This document shows, one piece after another, positions 33,640 through 39,781 of a stretch of DNA of 39,781 nt (positions are counted from its first letter, which is position 1; each line of letters opens with the position of its first letter). Origin of the DNA: Candidatus Rokuibacteriota bacterium (GTDB taxonomy: Bacteria > Methylomirabilota > Methylomirabilia > Rokubacteriales > CSP1-6); assembly GCA_050731715.1 (NCBI GenBank), contig JBOHPM010000001.1:1-39781 (forward strand), in the 5' to 3' direction. The notes below the pieces were generated by a model that was not told the origin of the DNA, searched no databases, and worked only from the letters and a program-made list of their open reading frames with translations. The translations under genes and the position numbers were made by a program.

Positions 33640-34206
33640 ATGCCTAATAGCCGTCCTCGCGAAGGCTTGAAGGCCGCGCGACTCTTGATGGTCCTGAGCA
33701 GCATCTCACCGCTTTTCATTCTCTGGGCGATCCGAGGCAACAGGCTCATCCCTGATTTCTACTTGCTCGTTTTCTGCGCGGTGATGGTTATTGTGCCCAA
33801 CGCGTTCCTCTGGCTCCGGATCAGGACGGCAAGGAAACTACGGGAACGGCGTGAACTCACGGTAGGCTCGGCGGAAGATCACCGGGACCACCTGCTGGTG
33901 TATCTGTTCGCGATGCTCTTGCCGTTCTATGCAGCCGACCTCGGCACCTGGCGGGACTTGGCGGCCGTGCTCGCTGCCCTCACGTTCATCGTATTCCTCT
34001 TCTGGCATCTCAACCTCCACTACATGAACTTGCTCTTTGCGGCTATGGGCTACCGCGTCTTCACCATCTCGCCGCCGGCGGACGGAAATCCACTGAGCGG
34101 CAGGACAAGCCAAGTGCTGATCACGCTGCGGGCGACCGTTCCCGACGGCGAGCGCCTGACGGCTTACCGTCTGAGCGACACGGTCTATTTCGAGGTGGAC
34201 GAATGA
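33640..34206 (+). CDS. kwaA: Kiwa membrane protein KwaA-like (4 TM)
   Basis: The four hydrophobic helices are LLMVLSSISPLFILWAI, FYLLVFCAVMVIVPNAFLWL, LLVYLFAMLLPFYAA and AAVLAALTFIVFLFW, followed by a soluble tail. The stop overlaps the start of a DUF4868-like gene (ATGA). The start is placed at the ATG at 33640 rather than the alternative start at 33577. Confidence 0.7.
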   Translation: MPNSRPREGLKAARLLMVLSSISPLFILWAIRGNRLIPDFYLLVFCAVMVIVPNAFLWLRIRTARKLRERRELTVGSAEDHRDHLLVYLFAMLLPFYAADLGTWRDLAAVLAALTFIVFLFWHLNLHYMNLLFAAMGYRVFTISPPADGNPLSGRTSQVLITLRATVPDGERLTAYRLSDTVYFEVDE

Positions 34207-35120
34207 CGCTCGCCTTCAACCTCAGGAACGTGCGGGTCACCGAGTTCGGGGTCGGACGCGATGACGAAGAGGGCCAGACGTTCCACCTGGTTCCGGTGGA
34301 CGCCGACGTGCAGGCCGCCTTGCAGGAGATGGTGGCGGCCACCTGGAGTGCCATGCGCGAGCTGAGCGATGACCCGCCCAGGTACGAGCCGTCCGAGAAG
34401 CATGCGAGTTCCGAGTACGTTTATCTACCGATCGGCGATGATTTGGCTGAGCCGCTGCGCCAGCTGCACGAGGCGAACAACCTGGCGGTGGACTCGGCCG
34501 CGCTCTCTGACCACGCAAAGGTCTTCTGTTACTTCGTGCGCATGACGGACAAGCAGGGTCGGCGCCTCACCGCGATCCGCCGCGCGACCCAGTTCAAGGG
34601 TATCCTCAAGAGTCGCCTGATCCGCCTGGTAACCGACGCCCTCCGCATCATCGAAGACCGGGTCTTCAAGCTCGACAGCGATTTCGACATCCTCATCGAT
34701 AACGCGAGGGTGCACATTCTGAGGCCGAGCGGCTTTGAGTTCGTCGGTAAGCTTCAGGCTGCTGTCTTGGCGGGCGCGCCGGAGAACGTGAAGGCGATCC
34801 AGCGTGATCTGCCGTTCGTCGACTTCGACCTGGTTGAGAACTACGCGGCGAAGCACCCGCGGGCCGCGCGCTATCTCGCCTCAATCCGGGCCCAGAAGGC
34901 GACGACAGATATCGACAAACGCGCTCTCAAGGAGCTGTGCAAGGCGACGGGGGTGGAGATCCAGGAAGCCAAGGGCAAGATCACGGTTGCGGATGGTCAT
35001 GTGATGGGGTTCCTCGAGGTTCTCGATCGGCGACGGTACGAGGTCGAGCTGGTCAAGGGTTCCCCGGAACGCTTCAGGGCCGCGAGCCGGCGAAAGCTCG
35101 AAGGCAGCGGACAATCATGA
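34203..35120 (+). CDS. kwaB: Kiwa KwaB-like (DUF4868) protein
   Basis: The size (305 aa), the position after a 4-TM partner and stretches such as ...VFCYFVRMTDKQGRRLTAIRRATQFKGIL...RVFKLDSDFDILIDNARVHILRPSGFEFVG... fit DUF4868 as I recall it. Confidence 0.7.
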   Translation: MTLAFNLRNVRVTEFGVGRDDEEGQTFHLVPVDADVQAALQEMVAATWSAMRELSDDPPRYEPSEKHASSEYVYLPIGDDLAEPLRQLHEANNLAVDSAALSDHAKVFCYFVRMTDKQGRRLTAIRRATQFKGILKSRLIRLVTDALRIIEDRVFKLDSDFDILIDNARVHILRPSGFEFVGKLQAAVLAGAPENVKAIQRDLPFVDFDLVENYAAKHPRAARYLASIRAQKATTDIDKRALKELCKATGVEIQEAKGKITVADGHVMGFLEVLDRRRYEVELVKGSPERFRAASRRKLEGSGQS

Positions 35121-35713
35121 CCGCGATCTCCGCCGGGCATGTGGAACTCGCGACCGGCTTCACGGTCGCCGACTACTTCGCGGCCGTCGGGAAGCAGGAT
35201 CGCGCGACCATCGCCGACGCGATTCACCGACGGTTTAGGGAGCGCTATCTCGATCCCGTTTCCGATAACAACGCGCCCCGACACGGCTTCACAATGATGG
35301 CCGTCGGCTGCCTCATGATCGAGGCCCTTGAGTCGTTCCGTCGCGGATGGCCTGATACGAGCCAGCGCGGACAAGGCGAACACGCGTTCTGCTCATTCTT
35401 TGATGCGCACACGGCCTTCGCCATCTTTCGGGGACATGCCCGCGATTTCTGGAGAGGAGTCCGGTGCGGCATCCTCCACCAAGCCGAGACGTCACTCGGT
35501 TGGCGGATCCGTCGAGACGGAGAACTTTTGACTATGACTTCAGGGGCTCGGGTCATTAACGCAACCCTCTTTGTCGCCGCACTCGGCACGGTTCTCGACG
35601 ACTATCGAGAGGCGCTGAATGGCGCCAATTGGGACTCGGAGATTTGGGAATGCTTGCGAACGAAGATGAAGAAGGTGTGCGCCAACTGTGAAGTGAAGAC
35701 CATCCCATCATGA
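35117..35713 (+). CDS. Hypothetical protein (198 aa) translationally coupled to kwaB
   Basis: The ATG at 35117 overlaps the kwaB TGA (ATGA). The product is Cys/His/Trp-containing and soluble-looking (…HGFTMMAVGCLMIEALESFRRGW...FWRGVRCGILHQAETSLGWRI...CANCEV). No family recognised. The longer track ORF from 34937 lies inside kwaB. Confidence 0.65.
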   Translation: MTAISAGHVELATGFTVADYFAAVGKQDRATIADAIHRRFRERYLDPVSDNNAPRHGFTMMAVGCLMIEALESFRRGWPDTSQRGQGEHAFCSFFDAHTAFAIFRGHARDFWRGVRCGILHQAETSLGWRIRRDGELLTMTSGARVINATLFVAALGTVLDDYREALNGANWDSEIWECLRTKMKKVCANCEVKTIPS

Positions 35714-35753
35714 TCGTCCTGAGTTGATAGATCGACTGACTAGTTCATGCGCA

Positions 35754-37001
35754 TCAATCGAGTCGCGTGTGAATCCACAGCCTCGCTTTCGGAAATGTCT
35801 TTCGGAACTCCGTCCTCGCCGCCTCCATCGCCGCCTCTTCAAGGCACAGGCCCTGACTTTTCACCTGGTAGGTGAGGCCGGTGAACATGTATCCCAGGCG
35901 CCCCAACGGCTCGATTGCTCCGAGTTTTAACAAGGCGGCCGTGAGTTCCGACTGCGGTTCAGAGATCATGAGTGAAGCGAAGCCACACGCATCCAGGACG
36001 TGTCCCTCCTTGTCTTTCAGAGCCGCGTCGTACGCGGCATCCGCGCCAGCTTGCGCGGCCTGCTCGATGTCACGAAGGACGCGCTTGACCTTTGCAATCA
36101 AGTCGTCGCTCGGCTCGGGGATCTGTATCGGAGTGAGACTATGCATCGGAATGTTTTCGATGCGGAGTACACCTTCCTCCGGACACTCCTCGAGGGCAAT
36201 CACGCGGGTGTTGAGCAGGTTCGTCAAATGTAGTTCGTCGCCAGACGGCTCGCACCCGGAGTCATACTGAGCCTTTAGACGGTCGAGGATCGTCCTCGCT
36301 TCTTGGGTGGTCGGTACGAAAATGAGAACGTTAGACAAGTCGGGAGCCACATGGAGGTAAAGCGGTAATCCCGGGCAGGCATACCGATCCTCGGAATCGC
36401 ACCACCGCCACTCCCGTTCATGCGTCCAGTCGGAATATCTCCCCGGTCCAAGGTTGAAGCTCACGTAGCGGTACTGTTCGTGCTCCGCGAGTCCGCGGTC
36501 CGGCGTTAGGATCCTGGGCCATCCCCTGACGGCGTCTTCGGGCTGGCTTCGATGGTCTCGTACTTCCTCATGGCGCCCTGTGAGCCCGTAGATGACGGGA
36601 CGAGCGCCGAAGGCAAATGCATCGCGCTTCAAAAGAGCAATCCCGTATGCCGTGACGCTCGATGCATCGGCGCGCCGTTTCGCGTACTCCATGAGTGCAT
36701 AGAGCGGCATCTCGGTAAAGCACACCGCAGCTCGAGGACCATAAACTGTCGGCTTGCCGTTCCGGAACGCCCACGTGCTTCGGATGTGGCCGTCATCGAT
36801 GATTTTTCGGAGGACCTGGATTGCTCTGCCGTCGGGTTCAATGGGGTAGTTGTCATCCGAGTGGTACCACCAAGAAAATCGATCGTTCTTCTCGTCGTCA
36901 AAAACGTACGGGAAGCGCACCGACTCGCCTTGACCGAAGATCCAGTCCGGATCGTTGTCCGGATTGCGATGGTGGACAAAGTGAGTGATCCACTCAGACA
37001 T
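35754..37001 (-). CDS. AbiGi-like N-terminal domain protein with ~200-aa C-terminal extension
   Basis: It shows an ordered set of motifs that I associate with the AbiGi family: ITHFVHH, AAVCFTEMPLYAL, YGIALLKRDAFAFGARPVIY and THEREWRW. The ATG at 37001 is preferred over the TTG at 37064. GC content is visibly lower than in the neighbours. Confidence 0.65.
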   Translation of the reverse strand: MSEWITHFVHHRNPDNDPDWIFGQGESVRFPYVFDDEKNDRFSWWYHSDDNYPIEPDGRAIQVLRKIIDDGHIRSTWAFRNGKPTVYGPRAAVCFTEMPLYALMEYAKRRADASSVTAYGIALLKRDAFAFGARPVIYGLTGRHEEVRDHRSQPEDAVRGWPRILTPDRGLAEHEQYRYVSFNLGPGRYSDWTHEREWRWCDSEDRYACPGLPLYLHVAPDLSNVLIFVPTTQEARTILDRLKAQYDSGCEPSGDELHLTNLLNTRVIALEECPEEGVLRIENIPMHSLTPIQIPEPSDDLIAKVKRVLRDIEQAAQAGADAAYDAALKDKEGHVLDACGFASLMISEPQSELTAALLKLGAIEPLGRLGYMFTGLTYQVKSQGLCLEEAAMEAARTEFRKTFPKARLWIHTRLD

Positions 37002-37103
37002 GTCCAAGCGAGGTGCCACCAACGCGCTCCTCCAAACAGGAGATTTGCCATCCCGCCGCAACAACGGATCCCAAGCGACGAGCAGCCTATCCTTGACTTC
37101 AGT

Positions 37104-38213
37104 TTATACCGGCCGGCGGCGCGCAAGCTGCTTCGCAAGCATCATCCCGTCCCGCCGCACGAGGTTCGGCAGGTACCGGTAGTAGGTCGTGAAGATCATC
37201 TGGAGCGTCGTGTGCCCCAGCATCTTCGCCACCCACCCGGGGTCCTCCCCGGCCGCGAGGGCATGCGTCGCGAAGGTGTGCCGCGTCGTGTAAAGGTCGC
37301 GCTGGGCGAGCTTCGCCTTCTCGAGCGCCGGGTACCAGACCCGGTGCCGGAGGTTGTCGAGCCGCATGTAGCCGCCCCGGGTGCTCGGGAAGACGAGCTC
37401 GCTCCCGCCGGCCACGAGCCGCTGCTTCTCAAGAGCCCGAAGGACGGGCGGCAGGAGATCCACCTCCCGGTGCGCCGAGATCACCTTGAGCGCGGTGATC
37501 TCTCCGTCCCGCCAGCCCTCGACTACCTGGAGCTTCTTCCGCTTCCAGTCGACGCGGGCCCACTTCAGGGCGAGCTGCTCGGACGGCCGGAGCCCCGTCC
37601 CGAACGCCACCTCGAAGTACGGTCGCCAGCGGAGCGGCAACGCCTTGAGGAACCGGGCCTTCTCCTCGAAGGTGAACGGCCGGATCTCGGAGGGCCGCCG
37701 GCGCTGGAACGTGATCCAGCGCGTGAGGCCATCCTTCGCGTAGCCGCGGTCCGCCGCGAAGCGGAGGAGCTGCTTCAGGAGCGCAAGCTCGATGTTCACG
37801 GTCCGGGGCGCGAGCTTCTGCGCGACGAGCACCGCTTTGAACTCGTCGAAGTGCCTGGGCTCGAGGTCGTCAAGGCGCCGCTTCCCCCAGAAGGGCAGGA
37901 GGCGGACCCGCGCCGCCTTCTCGTACCAGTGCATGGTGAGCGGCGTGACGTCGTTCTTCTTCTTGGCCTTCCACTCCTCCCAGAGCTCCGAGAAGGTGTG
38001 CCGCGTCTCGGGCTGCCGCTCCGGGAAGTGCCGGGCGAGGTCGAGGGTCCCGAGGAAGGCCTCCCGCTCGATCGTCTCGGCCTTGGCCTGCATGATCTCC
38101 ACGTTCTTCGGGGTGGCCGGAAGCTCCGAGAAGACCCGCCTCCGCCGGCCTCCGACGTGGAGATCGAGGTAGAGCCGGTTGGTGCGGCGGTCCACCCTAA
38201 CCCTTGCGCCCAC
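37104..38213 (-). CDS. int: Tyrosine integrase (Arm-type N-terminal DNA-binding domain + catalytic domain)
   Basis: Motifs present are RVRVDRRTNRLYLDLHVGG..., TGLRPSEQLALKW (R), TTRHTFATHALAAG (H-x-x-R) and GHTTLQMIFTTYYRY (H...Y). GTG start at 38213. Confidence 0.9.
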   Translation of the reverse strand: MGARVRVDRRTNRLYLDLHVGGRRRRVFSELPATPKNVEIMQAKAETIEREAFLGTLDLARHFPERQPETRHTFSELWEEWKAKKKNDVTPLTMHWYEKAARVRLLPFWGKRRLDDLEPRHFDEFKAVLVAQKLAPRTVNIELALLKQLLRFAADRGYAKDGLTRWITFQRRRPSEIRPFTFEEKARFLKALPLRWRPYFEVAFGTGLRPSEQLALKWARVDWKRKKLQVVEGWRDGEITALKVISAHREVDLLPPVLRALEKQRLVAGGSELVFPSTRGGYMRLDNLRHRVWYPALEKAKLAQRDLYTTRHTFATHALAAGEDPGWVAKMLGHTTLQMIFTTYYRYLPNLVRRDGMMLAKQLARRRPV

Positions 38214-38403
38214 GCCTGCCCTCGCGGAGGAGCGCCTCGACTCTCGACCAGTAGAAGATCGGCCGGCCGGTGAGGCGGGTGTAGTGCACGCCCTCCCGAA
38301 AGACGCCCCGGCACATGAGGTTCCGGATCGTCTTCGGCTTGTAGGGGATCCGTCCCGAGAGCTCGCGGACGGAGAGGTACTCCTCGGTCGTCGGATACTT
38401 CAT
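38197..38403 (-). CDS. xis: Excisionase/AlpA-type HTH protein
   Basis: MKYPTTEEYLSVRELSGRIPYKPKTIRNLMCRGVFREGVHYTRLTGRPIFYWSRVEALL is an excisionase-family HTH. Its 3' end overlaps the integrase start by 17 nt. Confidence 0.7.
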   Translation of the reverse strand: MKYPTTEEYLSVRELSGRIPYKPKTIRNLMCRGVFREGVHYTRLTGRPIFYWSRVEALLREGRRGRKG

Positions 38404-38433
38404 GGAAGGGAATAGACGCGGCCCGGTCGCGCC

Positions 38434-39297
38434 CTAAGTGCCGTAGGAATCGAGGCTCTCTGGCGTCCTCCCTTCCTTGCCGTAAGGAAGGGACGCGAGG
38501 TCCTGTAAGGAATGGCGCTCCTCTCCGCCGGCCGGCCTCCAAATGCTGCCTGCCGCCCCCTCCCGGCCGACACCGGGGAGCGTGGCAAACGAGACGGCAA
38601 GCCCGAGACGGAGGTTGGCGAGCGCCTGTCTGTAGCGCTCCACCCACCGCTCGTCCCGGCCGACAATCAAGAGGATGAAGTCCCTGACGCCGTAGAGGTC
38701 CCGGCCGCGGACCCGGAGGGATGCGTACTTGAGGAGCTTCCCCAAGAACCTCCGGGCCGACCGGGTGGCGTTGTCGATCTCAAGCGCGAATGTCTGGAAA
38801 TGCCCCGTCCCTACCCACCCGAGAGCGAATAGCGCGTCGGGGACAATGCGTCCCCGAGCGAGCGCCCGGAGCTCCCAGTCCGAGCGCCAACAGCGGATCT
38901 CTCCCCCGGTCTCCGCGAGGCCGAGGGCGAGCGAGATGCGGACCTCGTTGATCGCGAGGAGGTGGTCGAGGTTCCCGTCGAGGCCTCGTGGTACGGGCCA
39001 GGCGGCCTCTTCCTCCGAGGCCAGGTGCGCCGCACCTCTTCGCGTCAAACTGTAGACGTTGTCCCGCGCGAGGTCGCGGACCCAGACCCGGACGAGACCG
39101 CCGTCCAAGAGCTTCCGGAGGCGCTTGTTGGCGGCCCAGCGGGACCCGCCGAAGCCGAGCCGCGCAAGCTGGCTTGTCGTCAGAAACCGCATCTTGCCCA
39201 GCGCCTCAACGAGCCAGGTGTCGCGCGGGGTCGGACGGCACACCCCCCGGTCAGGCTGGCGCTCTGCGCGACGGGCGCGGCCCGCATGCCTCGCCAT
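38434..39297 (-). CDS. Replication-relaxation family protein
   Basis: RFLTTSQLARLGFGGSRWAANKRLRKLLDGGLVRVW...NLDHLLAINEVRISL...IVPDALFAL...FALEIDNATRS fits the Replic_Relax family of integrative and conjugative plasmid-like elements. The ATG at 39297 overlaps the upstream stop (TGATG), and a TTG at 39303 is the alternative start. Confidence 0.7.
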   Translation of the reverse strand: MARHAGRARRAERQPDRGVCRPTPRDTWLVEALGKMRFLTTSQLARLGFGGSRWAANKRLRKLLDGGLVRVWVRDLARDNVYSLTRRGAAHLASEEEAAWPVPRGLDGNLDHLLAINEVRISLALGLAETGGEIRCWRSDWELRALARGRIVPDALFALGWVGTGHFQTFALEIDNATRSARRFLGKLLKYASLRVRGRDLYGVRDFILLIVGRDERWVERYRQALANLRLGLAVSFATLPGVGREGAAGSIWRPAGGEERHSLQDLASLPYGKEGRTPESLDSYGT

Positions 39298-39701
39298 CAC
39301 CAATCGAAGCCCATCGCCCGGGTCACCCCGGCGAGCGCCAGGCGATTGAACGCCTCGAAGGCGTCAGTTGGAACGTCGCCCCAACTCAGGCCACCCGTGA
39401 GGAGGACGCTCTTCCCGCCGATCTTGCCGACCCATACATCGCGGCGGCGGTCCTCGACCGCCAGCTCCAAGAGGCCGAGATCCGCCTCAAGCCCGTGAAC
39501 CAGATCCGCACGCACCTGCGGCATGCGCTCGCGATCCTTCGATCTCGGGTCGAGATCGACGCCGGCGTAGTCCAAGAACTCGGCCGACCAGGCGCTCAGG
39601 GGCTTGGCGGCAAGCTCTTCGATTGCCTGCCGACCCGCGGTCAAGTCGATCTCGGCCTTCGGGTTCGCCGTCAAGAAACTGATGAGAAAGTCAGCGCCCA
39701 T
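39297..39701 (-). CDS. Hypothetical protein, 134 aa
   Basis: ATG-initiated ORF in an operon with the replication-relaxation gene, with protein-like composition. No family recognised. Confidence 0.55.
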   Translation of the reverse strand: MGADFLISFLTANPKAEIDLTAGRQAIEELAAKPLSAWSAEFLDYAGVDLDPRSKDRERMPQVRADLVHGLEADLGLLELAVEDRRRDVWVGKIGGKSVLLTGGLSWGDVPTDAFEAFNRLALAGVTRAMGFDW

Positions 39702-39781
39702 GGCTCTTCTTCGCGTCCCGACTCCGGATGAATTCGATGACCCCCTCGAGATTCCTTACAAGGTCGAGCTCGCCACTGTCC
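39691..39781 (-). CDS. 3' end of a further minus-strand ORF truncated by the window edge
   Basis: An open frame ...DSGELDLVRNLEGVIEFIRSRDAKKSHGR* runs in from the window end. Its stop overlaps the next gene's start by 11 nt. It is too short to classify. Confidence 0.3.
   Translation of the reverse strand, partial: DSGELDLVRNLEGVIEFIRSRDAKKSHGR

Larger units (their letters stand above)
32053..39781. mobile_element. Second integrated element or defence islet (partial, continues beyond the window)
   Basis: It starts right after a displaced tRNA half. It carries its own integrase (37104-38213), excisionase-like HTH (38197-38403) and replication-relaxation protein (38434-39297), plus SIR2, Kiwa and AbiGi-like cargo. 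The right boundary is not in the window and internal boundaries are unresolved. Confidence 0.4.

Noticed and set aside
36552-38273. 573-aa plus-strand ORF across the AbiGi-like gene and the second integrase
   Set aside because: It is antisense to an integrase with an intact R-H-R-Y catalytic signature, and its composition is dominated by P/R/L/E repeats.
1-39781. CRISPR arrays, rRNA genes and IS/transposase genes
   Set aside because: I looked for short regularly spaced direct repeats, rRNA-like conserved blocks and DDE or HUH transposase motifs on both strands and found none. The only mobility genes are the two tyrosine integrases with their xis-like partners.

Overview
High-GC bacterial chromosomal segment made almost entirely of mobile, defence-type accessory DNA. 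Two 45-nt copies of the 3' half of a tRNA-Lys(CUU) gene (80-124 and 32008-32052) bracket a ~32-kb integrative island. A tyrosine integrase and Xis-like HTH gene sit at its right end. Neither copy is joined to a tRNA 5' half, so at least one more element appears to be integrated in tandem to the right (32053 to the window end). That second region carries its own integrase, excisionase and replication-relaxation genes. Island 1 carries the following: (1) a complete class 1 DISARM locus, drmD-drmMI-[GmrSD/AlbA_2 gene]-drmA-drmB-drmC, at 10383-26546; (2) an AbiEi/AbiEii pair; (3) a TcmP/DUF5131 pair; (4) a tightly packed five-gene minus-strand operon at 4513-7943 (XRE-ImmA/IrrE, PIN, GYF-TM-TIR-like, small multi-TM protein, TIR-like), which I consider the best candidate for an undescribed system; (5) two adjacent non-canonical tRNA genes, one class II body with anticodon UGC and one compact tRNA with ochre anticodon UUA; (6) a degenerate tRNA-Arg-like relic; (7) a tandem ~549-bp repeat whose ~300-nt conserved cores look like paralogous ncRNA genes rather than CDS. 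The region to the right carries a stand-alone SIR2 protein, a Kiwa pair (kwaA/kwaB) with a third translationally coupled unknown gene, and an AbiGi-like protein with a long C-terminal extension. All calls come from hand translation, motif recognition and hand folding. No database search was run. Many long ORFs in the six-frame track are antisense shadow ORFs typical of high-GC DNA and were not called.
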